DNA of 64,000 nt from contig OZ024743.1 of NCBI GenBank assembly GCA_964016885.1, positions 202,368,001-202,432,000 of the forward strand. The letters are read 5' to 3'. The stretch comes from Eledone cirrhosa (Eukaryota). Below are positions 1 to 11,145 of this stretch, one piece after another. The position numbers and the translations under genes are program-made. Every line of letters starts with the position of its first letter. Position 1 is the first letter of the stretch. The notes beneath the pieces were generated by a model. That model saw only the letters and a list, made by a program, of their open reading frames with translations, was not told the DNA's origin and ran no database searches.

Positions 1-719
1 ATGCTCCATTTTATTTTTGTGAGACTGACCCTGTACCCATCTTTCTTTACCATTCTTTTGGCTTCTTCTAATTCTTCCTGAGTTACCTGGATCGCTTCGC
101 ACGTTTTTACTACTCTCGCAAAAGACAGGGTAGTTTTCTTAATTTCATTGTTGCTGTTGTTGTCATCGTTATTTTTGTTATTGTTAATTTTAGTTTCAGT
201 TGTGGTGGTGGTGGCGTCAGTGGTATTCGGTGTGGAAGAGTTCATTTTGGTTGAATTCATTTCAATATCACGAGTTAATTTATTTTTTCTTTTGTTTCTG
301 TTGTCGCTATGGTGGTGGTGGGGGTGGCGGCTTTAACACCTGCAGTCATTGGTAATGGCGGGAAATTAATGTCTGCCTGAGACAAATTTATAATATTGCT
401 ACTGCTTATATGTTTAGTGTTGGCAAACGTAGTAATATTTACAATGGTGGTGTCGGTGTGAGGTGTTAGTTTGTGAGGAAGGTGTGACTCTGAGTCGGCC
501 ATGATTTTTCAAACAAAATTTTTTTTGTTTGATATTTATAAAAAGTTTAAATTTTGTGCTCCAGGTCCCAATCTTTTTGAGTGTTCTTTTCAGAAATCAA
601 TGTATGTGCACTTATATACGGTTAACAATAAAAATTTCCCATAAATGGCAATTTTAAACAACTGAAAGTAACATACATTTGCGGAGCTCACGATGAATCG
701 ATTTACTACGTAGGTCGCC
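1..719 (-). mobile_element. 5' end (5'UTR + low-complexity ORF1 N-terminus) of a probable Tx1/L1-clade LINE running off the window
   Basis: ATG at 502 begins a T/N-rich reading (MADSESHLPH...KKTTLSFARVV) resembling the N/T-rich ORF1 start of the element at 28005-33916 (...KKNTFAAAA); 5' end abuts (AAT)n at 720-737. Confidence 0.55.
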
Positions 720-737
720 AATAATAATAATAATAAT

Positions 738-2460
738 ACTTTCTTTATTATCCACAAGGGTTTACATAAAGTAGATATTAAGGACAGTACAGGACAATAC
801 ACGACGGTAGAAAAGGGCATTTCTGCGTGTAAAACAAAACAAGAAACAGAGGATGTAATAATGGAACAATGAAAAAATTCCCCAATAGGGGGGAGGCCTC
901 CGAGGGACATTCGTGGAGAAAGCCAATTAAAAAGCCACAGTGACCCTGACTACCAGGGCAAGTGGCCTCTCCCAGTTTTCCTCCTTTAAAATACAGACAC
1001 ATACACAGAGTAGGCCCATTCACTCGGACTATTCTTGCTTCTCTCACCCATCTTTCAACAAAATGCTGGGAAGAGAGCACTTCCCCCTCTACCCTGATTT
1101 TCCTTTTCAAATGAAATTTGAAAAGGTTAATCAGAGCATCACCGAAGAGGTAAATGCTCGTCTTCAGCCCTTTCAAACGTGTCCACCATACTATCTCTTT
1201 CGCCATGGCCACCAGACAGATAAAAACTGCCTGCCCTTCCCGATAAAGAAAGAGGGCGGTGCAATCCTCACGATGGACTCAGCTGATAGCCGAATCCGTC
1301 CTACACGCGACAGCAGGTGTTCGACATAAAACCACAAGTCAGCAATGCTCGCACACTGGACGAGTGCCTGCAGGACGGTTTCGTCGCCCTGCGCGCATCT
1401 CGGACATGCCCGGCTGACGGCACGTCTCAAAGCCCTCCCTCTCGGTCTCCGCTTGACCCAGGACTGCAGCTCCGTCAAGGAGACGAGCTGGGGAAAGACG
1501 CGTCTAGCAAACGGCGACCACACCTGATCACCGTCGAGGAAGAGGTGGAGATGTCGTAGCCTGAGCGCGTGTCTGCGCATCATCAGCCACGGCATGCCCA
1601 GCCATCCACGTAGCGGGTGTTGACAGCAGATGGACCGCCTGACCATCGAAGCGCGTCCCTTCCAGAAAAAGCGAAAGAGCAAACGCTCCAGCGCAGTCAG
1701 GCGGGGCTTAGGACAAGGTACGACGGTCAGGCGGTAGTAGATGACGGACGCGATGTACGCGTTAGCCACCTCCGCTCGACCTTTCAGGGATAGCTTCCTC
1801 TCCGCCCATTTCTGGGTGAGAGAAGCCACCTTGCTCGTCACCTCGTCCCAGTTTTTGTCCGTCTGGAGGTCCGGACTGAACCAGACCCCGAGCAATTTAA
1901 CAGGCCCGTCCGACCAGCGCCCGACAACGCTGTTGGACGGCATGGACCTGCACCTCCAGGTGCCGAGCTGCAGGCCCCCTAACTTTTCCTGGTTGATCAT
2001 TGTTCCTGTCACCGCTTCGTATTCTCTTAGTGTAGTACCGATCGCCTCGATGTGTTTGGCGTTTGACACCACTACGGTGACGTCGTTCGCATATGCTGAC
2101 ACGGATCTTCCGCAACCTAGTTCGCGCGGGACCCACCTCAACGTCTCCAGTTTGTGCAGTAATCGCTCGAGAGTCAATACGTACAAGAGGGACGAGAGGG
2201 GACATCCATGGCGGGGCGAGCACATGATGTTGAACGGTTCCGAAAGGTGTCCGTTCACTCTCACCACAGAGCAGATGTCGCTGTGCATGGCAGCGATCCA
2301 GCCTTTGAAGACGGGCCCAAAGCCAGCCGACCTCAGGACTGCCGCTAGGTAACAATGGTCGACCCTATCGAAAGCTTTCGACTGATCTAAATTGATCAAG
2401 AACCCACCCGTGCTAGGCTGCTTAGCTAGCCTATCCACGATGTATCGCATGATGTGGAGG
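738..2460 (-). mobile_element. 5'-truncated Tx1/L1-clade LINE (RT C-terminal half, Cys/His motif, 3'UTR, (ATT)n tail)
   Basis: ORF 1191-2498 has LDQSKAFDRVDH, GCPLSSLLY, AYANDV, LLGVWF and CPRC...ETVLQALVQC; minus strand ends AATAAAGAAAGT(ATT)n; clearly homologous to 28005-30030 with an internal deletion near 1425. Confidence 0.93.
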
Positions 2461-2465
2461 TAACC

Positions 2466-2560
2466 AATAATAATAATAATTGTTTCTACTTTTGGCACAA
2501 GATCAACAATTATCAGTGTATTACTGGTACTTTATTTTATCGAACCCGTAAGGATGAAAG
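2466..2560 (-). mobile_element. 3' fragment of tRNA-derived SINE (octopus OK-like) with (ATT)n tail
   Basis: tgtttctacttttggcacaag...ggtactttattttatcga..cccgtaaggatgaaag shared with 3160, 6345, 37000 and 53743 copies. Confidence 0.75.
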
Positions 2561-3159
2561 ATAGAATTCGATTCCAGTCCGTGCCGCCTATGGCAGTAAA
2601 TGCGACAGGCGACACAGTAGTACATTAGTATCTGAAATCTGTACGCGTCATCAAAATACCGTCAACCGATTGGCCACTGGTTCAGAAATGTACGTGATGA
2701 TTAGGAGTCAAGATTGTATGTTTCGACCCGTCCATATGAACTGAACCAACATATCTCAAATCAAACAAAAATTAACAAGTGGGTGAAAAAATCGGTTATT
2801 AGAGAAAATCTCTCTTTAATCACTGTACTATAGAATGGTAGCATTCGGCTCTGGTATCCAAGTACCATGGCGAATACCGTGCGACAGTAAATAATGGTAG
2901 TACCTAAAACCTTTCCGAACATTAAATGCCAATAGGCAATTAGATAGTGATACAGAATTAGCGCTGGTTAGAATTCGAATTCGGGATATTTCGACCAGTA
3001 ATGTGCGTAAAACCGAACGATTTCACAACTTATACGAGTCAATAGTTGAGTGAGAGAGAAAGATAGAACAGGTGTTAGAGTGTATATTAAACAAAACAAT
3101 ACAAAATGTGGAAAATTGCTCAACTTACTCTCATTGTGAATCTGCGAGTTGGGAGAAAA

Positions 3160-3385
3160 TAATTATTTCTACTATAGGAACAAGGCCAGTAATTTTTTTT
3201 TTTTTGGGGGGGGGGAGTCGATTAAATCATCCCACTACGTTACTCGTGTATTTTATCGACCCCGTAAGGATGACAGGCAAAGTTAACCTCGGCGGGATTT
3301 GAACACAGGCAATAAATGGCCGTAACTCTATGCGGCAAAGCATAATGTCCGACTCACTACCGATACTGCCAAGACGCCGCCTTGT
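3160..3385 (-). mobile_element. tRNA-derived SINE (OK-like)
   Basis: Minus strand ggcggcgtcttggcagtatcggtag (A box) ... gttcaaatcccgccgaggttaactttgcc (B box + core). Confidence 0.8.
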
Positions 3386-3821
3386 TGGGAGAAAATAATA
3401 ATAAGTTGATAGGACTAACAAAAGGTTTCCCTGCTAGTACCGGTTGCAACTCACCGTACTCAATAGGTAAGGTTATGTAAAAATACCAGAGTGGCCACAA
3501 AATTATTTGCCTCAATACAACACACGTAAATGGGTAAAACAAACAAAACGAGATATAGCGTAGAAGAAATGTAAGCGCGCCGATAAATGATGTATGGGCA
3601 AGTACGGAAGCATTTACATGTTTCTATTCAAATATATGATATGCAATCACAATTTAATAAATAAATAATAGAAAATGTTGCCGGTTGCTAATGTTTAAAT
3701 CTGATTGTCAATTACAGATGTTAATACTCAAATTACTATACAAGGAAATTTAGAACAAATCTAAACTGTGTCCTGCTCACTTTCTCACCGCGGACTGAAT
3801 GTATATATATAAATATATGAT

Positions 3822-3958
3822 GACTGCCCCCTCGTCATCGAGTATGGCCATTGCACGATATAACATCATTAATAATTATAAATTAATTCTATCGTGCAAT
3901 GCCTGTGCGTGAAGATATTATTTAAAGTGAGGAAAGACTGTGCAATGAGCCAATCCCA
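3822..3958 (-). repeat. 3' fragment of the interspersed repeat also at 63360-63710
   Basis: ccccctcgtcatcgagtatggccattgcacgat...gagccaatccca is near-identical to 63368-63500. Confidence 0.8.
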
Positions 3959-3989
3959 ATACATTTATATATATATATAGTAATACTAA

Positions 3990-4051
3990 TAAATTAAGGG
4001 TGAAAGCAGTGATTCTTTGCTTAAACTTTAATCTGTTATTTTAATAAATAA

Positions 4052-4097
<46 letters not shown>

Positions 4098-4265
4098 ATA
4101 ATAATAATTGTAATAATAATAAATTTGAAGACTAAACTCCAATGAGGGCTCGATAAGGATAAATATATATCAAATATATAAGAACCGTAGAGCAAATATT
4201 TATTAAAATAACAGATTAAAGTTTAAGCAGCGATTGTTGCTTAAACTTTAATTTTAATAAATAAA
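3990..4265. repeat. TA-embedded fragments of a short repeat family, partly fold-back (also 51670-51905, 61790-61915)
   Basis: Shared aaataacagattaaagtttaagca and its reverse complement. Confidence 0.7.
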
Positions 4266-4301
<36 letters not shown>

Positions 4302-4534
4302 AAATACGTAGTTTAGAAAGCCTCAACAATGCAGAGGGAAATGTTTTGTTTTCATCTTTGTCTCTCTCAATTTTCACTTTCTCCTATTTCTCCTATCTAT
4401 CATTCACTTCCTACCTCGAGATTTCCCTCTGCATTGTTGTGGCTTTCTAAACTATATATATGTATATATATATATATATATAAATTAATAAAATAATGAA
4501 TAAACAAAGAAACAGTTCCTTATATTAAAAAAAT

Positions 4535-4676
4535 TCATCATTTTACGATCGTTTCTAGGATATATATGTGTTAGAGTTGGTATGCATATTCTATAGACCT
4601 ATGTACAATATTTATACAAACTATCAGAGGGAATATACATACCTACACATATATATGCTGTCCTCAGAAATAATGA
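4535..4676 (-). ncRNA. Type I hammerhead ribozyme motif, long stem II
   Basis: Reverse complement of the 5478-5619 motif. Confidence 0.7.
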
Positions 4677-5477
4677 TATTTGTTTATTGAAAAAAACAAA
4701 GATTCAATACAATAGGTCTGTTTGGGAACAGGTTTTCAATTGACCAATAGAGAAATAGTGAGGGTCAGGATAGTAATATATGTGTATATAATGTGTATAT
4801 ATATGTATATATATATATATGTATGAGTATATATATATATATTATTTTTACATTCTTTTAATTTCCCCTCATCTTTAACAGCACTTTTCAACTGCATCTA
4901 ACTCTTATTTATCATATCTATATGTATTAGTATAATTTTATCAATATAAATATACCCATCAATTAAATTAATTTATATTCTTTTCATAGATGTATTTTTT
5001 TCACTAACATACTTATCTTAAAACTTTAGTCACCTTAGATATTTGTATTGGCATTACTATTTTATAACAGCAACTGCTTGTATACCTTTTACTGACCACC
5101 TGACCTATTTTCACCCCTAAAATAAGCTTCAATTACTACTATTTTACCATTTGGCCAATTATTAACTCTCTATTGGTTAATTCTAAACCTCTTACCAAAC
5201 AGACATAATATATTAGATCTTTGTTGGTTTTATTCATTGAAAAAATAAAATTATTTCTGAGGTCAGCATAAGACCTATTTCTTCCCTAAAATAATCCTTC
5301 ATTCATAATATTCTTTTCCATCCAAAAATGAAATCTACCTTCCTCTACCCATAATTTAAGATTCTTCTACTATTATATTACTATCCTGACCCTCACTATC
5401 TCTCTATTGGTCAATTGAAAACCTGTTCCCAAACAGACCTATTGTATTGAATCTTTGTTTTTTTCAATAAACAAATA

Positions 5478-5619
5478 TCATTATTTCTGAGGACAGCATA
5501 TATATGTGTAGGTATGTATATTCCCTCTGATAGTTTGTATAAATATTGTACATAGATCTATAGAATATGCATACCAACTCTAACACATATATATCCTAGA
5601 AACGATCGTAAAATGATGA
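5478..5619 (+). ncRNA. Type I hammerhead ribozyme motif, long stem II
   Basis: tcattattt-CTGAGGA-(~105 nt hairpin: atatatatgtgt/acacatatatat, ggtatgtatattc/gaatatgcatacc)-GAAA-cgatcg-TA-aaatgatga; 9-bp stem I, palindromic stem III. Confidence 0.75.
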
Positions 5620-5803
5620 ATTTTTTTAATATAAGGAACAGTTTCTTTGTTTATTCATTATTTTATTAATTTATCTTGACTCTGTTTTCCGTTTATTTTT
5701 CACCGAAAGTAGTTTTTGAATGCATCTTCTCTTTTCATGATATCCGCATTACATTGAGTTCTTCATACGGATTGGACACTACCGAAAACTTTTGGTAGAT
5801 TTA

Positions 5804-5864
<61 letters not shown>

Positions 5865-5917
5865 GTATATATATATATATGTATATACATATATATATAT
5901 ATATATATACATATATG

Positions 5918-5967
<50 letters not shown>

Positions 5968-6004
5968 CATATACATATGTATATACATATACATATATAT
6001 ATAT

Positions 6005-6123
6005 GAAGGCGTGTGGCTGAGGGGTTACAGAATTAGATTCGTAATCGTTAGGTTGTGAGTTCAACTCCTGGACCGAGCGATGCGTTATGTCCTTGAGCAA
6101 GACATTTTATTTCACGTTGCTCC
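6005..6123 (+). mobile_element. tRNA-derived SINE 5' part (octopus OR-like)
   Basis: gaaggcgtgtggctgagggg...gtgagttcaactcc...tgtccttgagcaagacattttatttcacgttgctcc; homologue at 60865-60960. Confidence 0.7.
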
Positions 6124-6344
6124 TTCTACCTGGAGTTGCGACCGATAGATAGTATAAGCAACTGGAAAGACCAACGGAAACATTGTTTCCTCGGTCCGAT
6201 TTGATGAAAGTCGATCGTTCCTTTATTATATAGATATATATATACAATTAGGTTTGATGGTTCACCACTGGATAGAACTGGTCTTCCGCATAGTCAACTG
6301 TGATGTAATATTAGGGAAAGCACTATATATATATATATATATTT

Positions 6345-6529
6345 ATTGTTTCTACTTTAGGGACAAGGCCAGCAAATACCCAGTGCATTACTGGTACATT
6401 ATTTTATCGACCACGTAAGGATGAAAGGCAAAGTCAACCTCGGCGGGATTTGAACTCAGATCGTAAAGGGACGTAACTATGGTGGAAAGCATGGCGTCCG
6501 ACCCTCTACCGATACTGCCAATCCACCGC

Positions 6530-6533
<4 letters not shown>
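6345..6533 (-). mobile_element. tRNA-derived SINE (OK-like), full length
   Basis: Minus strand gggcggtggattggcagtatcggtag...gagttcaaatcccgccgaggttgactttgcctttcatcc...agtagaaacaataa. Confidence 0.85.
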
Positions 6534-6580
<47 letters not shown>

Positions 6581-6751
6581 TACATGGAAAATATATTTAT
6601 AAAACCATAATTATCTTATTATATATATATATATATTTCAAGGGCAACCAAGGCAGTTTTGGTGCGCTTTCATCAGATAAAATACAACATTTGTTTCATA
6701 AATGTTGACATACCCGTAGAAAAACAACCTTGACGGTTGAAGGTTCGCTGG

Positions 6752-7113
6752 ATAGCGAATGTATGTATAGTATATTTAGCAATATACCGTATGTTTAATT
6801 AAACACATTTTGAAGACCATACGCTATCGGTTTTAAAGTAGTGGCTATGTCACCTACTTCTTTTCGACGAAAGAAGGGAGATAAGCTGACACTCTCTTTC
6901 ACGCTTTTGACGTTCATCAGAGCCACGCACTCCCCGCTTTCACCGAAAATTATAGATGCAGGATTCTTATAGAATTCCACTAATAATCAGGAGCTGATTA
7001 TACAGAGCGATTGCCGGTCCAGCAAAAATTAGGTATTAGGATTGGTGCTCTGAAATAGCGATGTATAGATGAATGTACGTATAGTATATTTGGTAAATAC
7101 CATATGTTTAATT
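6752..7113 (-). mobile_element. Retrozyme-like HHR repeat family A, ~1.15 units (period ~314 bp)
   Basis: atagtatattt...atgtttaatt occurs at 6767 and again at 7081; contains HHR 6884-6924; homologous to 7126-7432 and 17843-18471. Confidence 0.75.
6884..6924 (-). ncRNA. Minimal type I hammerhead ribozyme (stem III degenerate)
   Basis: ggct-CTGATGA-acgt caaaa gcgt-GAAA-gagagtg-TC-agct. Confidence 0.7.
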
Positions 7114-7125
7114 TGTTTTTGTTTT

Positions 7126-7432
7126 TTTTTGCTGAACCGGCAATCGCTCTGTATAATCAGCTCCTGATGATTAGTGAATTTCTATAAGAATCCAGCTTCT
7201 ATAATTTTCGGCGAATGCGGGATGTGCGCGGTTCTGATGATCGCCAAGAGCGTGAAACAGACTATTAGCTTCTCTGCGTTCTTTAGCCGAAAAGATGTAA
7301 GGGACATAGTCACTTCTTTAAAACCGATAGCGTATGGTCTTCAAAATGTTTTAATTAAACATACTGTATATTGCCAAATATACTATACATACTTTCATGT
7401 ATACATCGCTATTTCAGAGCACCAATCCTAAT
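7126..7432 (+). mobile_element. Family A unit, inverted and circularly permuted relative to 6752-7113
   Basis: One ~307 bp unit opened between gcaaaaa and attaggattgg, which are contiguous inside the neighbouring copy (~7022-7045). Confidence 0.75.
7230..7270 (+). ncRNA. Minimal type I hammerhead ribozyme
   Basis: ggtt-CTGATGA-tcgc caaga gcgt-GAAA-cagacta-TT-agct. Confidence 0.65.
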
Positions 7433-7450
7433 ATATATATATATATATAA

Positions 7451-7496
<46 letters not shown>

Positions 7497-7497
7497 T

Positions 7498-7531
<34 letters not shown>

Positions 7532-7666
7532 AAGAGAGAGGAGAGATCTGTAGATATACATATAGATATATATTTGGAGGTACATGCTGCCAGTGCAGAA
7601 AACACTCCCCACGTGAGTTATACCTATGTTTTAACATAGATTTTGTTATAGCCAAACATATTTAAG

Positions 7667-7704
<38 letters not shown>

Positions 7705-8136
7705 TAAGGCAATTATATCTATCAATCAACAACTAAATTTGACGTTAGAATGGAGGAAATCACGCTGGAATTGTCCCAAATTTACGCTTTAAACTTTAAT
7801 TGCAATACAAAATTGCTTCATAAGTTAATCAATTGCAGTGTTTCAATGGCATGAAAACATGGCGGCCAATTCCGTTGCTCTAGATCAATTCTGCCCAATA
7901 CAAAATGCAGTAGTTAAGGCAAAGATTGAAAGAAGAGACTTTCTATAATCAGTGGCTGTCAAACATGAGAACTATAATATTAGTTACATAACATATTAAA
8001 TAACGAGGTTAGTATGTGGCAAATGCTGAAATAACAGGTTTAATCTATGTCGATGATGCTACATTAAATGTTAAACAAAATGTTTAGGTGAGCGTATATC
8101 TATATATCAATTAATGATTCTATCTATCTATCTATG

Positions 8137-8202
<66 letters not shown>

Positions 8203-9170
8203 GGCAATCTACAAAAGGTGCAATGTCATCCGCAAAGTCAAGGTCAGTGAGATGTTTAGAGGGGGTGCCTAGAGCTGATGCGGGGTTTGATGGTTATACC
8301 TTTGTTATTGGTTTTGTCAATTGAGAGTCTCAGGGCGTAGTCTAGTGCAACGATAAGGAGGAATGGGGCATGAGCGTCACCTTGCATCATTCCTGCTGAG
8401 ATGTCAGAGGTAATGATAGTGGCACTTGTTTTGAGATACATAGCCTTAATTGCTTCCACAAGTCTTGCTCGTATGCCATACAAGGGTAGGTTTTCAAACA
8501 GAGTGTCTCTGTTTATGCTGTCAAAAGGTTTTTCTCAACGAGGGTAAAACAGAGTACATATCAAATTGTACAGGCAACAGCATGAAAGCAATCAACGGTA
8601 GTGATATCAGGCAAGTCGAGGTTTTCAGTATCTTGGGTCCTTGATCATGGAGTCTGAGAAGTATTTCGCCACCAGAAAGGACCCAGCATGATCATCTTGC
8701 AACAAGACGGATCGAGTTGGGTGCTCACATTTTTTCTAAACACACCAGGATCAGACTCTTCCAAGTAAGAATTCAACCAATATTGTTATATGGAAGTGAA
8801 ACATGGACGCTTTCATCCAAACAACAAAATCACCTTGATGGCACTTACACTCACATACTTCAACGGGTTCAGAACATAAGCTGGCGACATCTGTCGTTGA
8901 GAGGGATATATGCCGGACTGCCATTTATATCTGTCGTTGTACGTAACAGGAGAGTAAGATTTGCTGGTCACTGCCATCGTGCCACCTACGAGGCTGATCC
9001 CCATTAGTGCTTTGGAAATCACAAGCAGTCACTAATTACAGGTGGCGCAAGCTCTCTTACCCCGATGCCATCTCCATAGATTCTGGTATTGAAATCCAGG
9101 ACTTGGCAACGGGGGGAGCAATTGTTGAGTACATTTCGGCTGATGCCCCCGGATGATGATGAAGATGATG
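8203..9170 (+). mobile_element. Decayed RTE-like LINE with 5' inversion (8203-8483 minus, ~8484-9170 plus), (GAT)n tail, inserted in (ATCT)n
   Basis: Minus part: QGDAHAPFLL...DLDFADDIA; plus part: LNEGKTEY...PILLYGSETWTL...RRVRFAGHC. Confidence 0.85.
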
Positions 9171-9349
9171 ATCTATCTATTTGTCAATCTATCCATCACC
9201 ATTAATACTTTTGTACGAAATCAAACAAACGTTAATTTCAGCATTGGCCTTAAACAAGTGAATAAATTGTTCCTGTCCTGTATAATAATTGTCAGTTTTA
9301 CTTTTCTCTCGTGATTTAAACACACAAAAACACGCGGACCCCCCCCCCC

Positions 9350-9444
<95 letters not shown>

Positions 9445-9881
9445 CATATTTACCACACACATTTGTCAAAACTCCCTTCACCGTCCACTCTAAGCCCGTA
9501 AATCTCATACCAGTATCTCCCAATTAATCTCTAATTTATTACATTTTCTTTCTTTTTTTTATCTGTCACTACATCAGACTCTCTACACGTCTCTAGGTAT
9601 ATTTCGAATATGACTTTTCATGTTACCACTAAAACCACCATAGAATCCTTATACGAACACTTACTCACAAACACCACTATCACAGTCTGTACTAACATGC
9701 TCTCACTTATCCTTATTTCTTTATTTCTTACATTTTACTGTATTTTTTCTTATCTTTTAATTTTTACTTTGTACATCTGTAACTTCTCTACATATTTATC
9801 ATATATATTTTATTATTGATGTTATTGTTTTGATTATACGCTGTTTCTCTATATATAACTTGCCTTGAGCGAGTTATGTTT

Positions 9882-9992
9882 GTATTATGATGTGTTGGTC
9901 AGAGGTAAATGATGTAATGGAGATTGAGTAACACAACTTAGAGTGATTAGCGACCTCTAGACTCACCTGATCAATGAAACAATTGTCAATAC
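9882..9992 (+). ncRNA. Degenerate hammerhead motif (core mutated to ATGATGT)
   Basis: gtatt-ATGATGT-gttggtcag...ctgatcaat-GAAA-caattg-TC-aatac; all three stems intact. Confidence 0.5.
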
Positions 9993-10064
9993 CTGAAATA
10001 AAGCCCGTTATGCTACAGTCAACCATGTTATTCTTCATTCTTTCACTATATATATATACATTAA

Positions 10065-10117
<53 letters not shown>

Positions 10118-10124
<7 letters not shown>

Positions 10125-10480
10125 AAAAAGAGATGAAATCGAAAATGCAACTGAAGTCTTATTTTTTTTTTAAATATATATATTTATTTGGTTCCTTTAC
10201 CGGTTTCGCAGTTCTTCTGCTTTTCAAAAGGTGACTTGAGATGGAGGGTCTGTGGTTTTTCTCACAGAGATGGAGGGTCTGTGGTTTTTCTCACAGAGAA
10301 AAACCACAGACCCTCCATCTCAACTCACCTTTTGAAAAGCAGAAGAACTGCGAAACCGGTAAAGGAACCAAATAAATATATATATTTTTTTTAAAAATAA
10401 GACTTCAGTTGCATTTTCGATTTCATCTCTTTTTCTTTATACTTTCACTCGTCTAGGACACCTCGGTTATTTTTCATTTT
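10118..10480. repeat. Fold-back element in (TA)n with an HHR in each arm
   Basis: 10118-10265 is the reverse complement of ~10297-10440. Confidence 0.8.
10328..10365 (+). ncRNA. Minimal type I hammerhead, U3-A8 core variant (inverted copy at 10194-10231)
   Basis: cctt-TTGAAAA-gcag aagaa ctgc-GAAA-ccgg-TA-aagg. Confidence 0.7.
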
Positions 10481-10484
10481 GTAA

Positions 10485-11145
10485 GAAAATGCTGACAATT
10501 TTTTCCCAGTGAAAAATAGTTTAATTAGGAATAAGTATAAATCAGTAATATGTATTGGTTAGTATTCAGTTTTAGTTTTAAGTTTTTACCGGTTGCGCAT
10601 TTCTAATGCTTGTCAAAAATATGTTTAAGATAGACCGCCCGTGATGTTTGCTCTAATCTGATCAGTTTTGGAAATTCTTCCCGTTTTACGTGAAAAAAGT
10701 GGCTCCAATAAGTTTTAATAAACTTATTTTTCAGTGACTTCTCAATAAGGCGAAAAAGGAAACTCTTCGACAAACCTTCATATGGCGCAAAATCAATTTT
10801 TAACATTCACTTGACCTCTACCGACCAATGGAAATTGTTTTGACTACAAGAATTTTTGCAACACGAATTGGCGTGAAATTTATAGTGACATTCAACAACC
10901 AACCAAACCTTAATACCTCTGGAGCCACTTTATTCACATAAAACAGGAAGAATTTCCAAAACTGATCAAATTAGAGCAAACATCACGGGCGCTCTATCTC
11001 AACATTATTTTTGAAAAGCATTAGAAATGCGCAACCGGTAAAAACTTAAAACTAAAACTGAATACTAACCAATACTTATTACTAATTTATACTTATTCCT
11101 AATTAAACTATTTTTCACTGGGAAAAATTTGTCAGCATTTTCTTT
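10485..11145. mobile_element. Inverted pair of repeat family B (probable Penelope-like 3' ends) with HHR-like motif
   Basis: 10485-10707 is the reverse complement of ~10920-11143; same family at 59110-60460. Confidence 0.7.

Larger units (their letters stand above)
4481..5672. mobile_element. Penelope-like 3'-end fragment with ~300 bp inverted arms (4481-4780 vs 5375-5672)
   Basis: Arms are near-perfect reverse complements; each contains a hammerhead motif; set in (TA)n; third copy at 22407-22600. Confidence 0.75.

Noticed and set aside
1741-2352. Long antisense ORFs over the Tx1 RT (also 29296-29661)
   Set aside because: Shadow ORFs of GC-rich coding sequence on the opposite strand
6795-7431. 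Two similar small ORFs (MEFYKNPASIIFGE / MNFYKNPASIIFGE)
   Set aside because: Products of the inverted family A copies; non-ATG starts and no comparable frame in the 17843-18471 homologue; conservation fits RNA structure better
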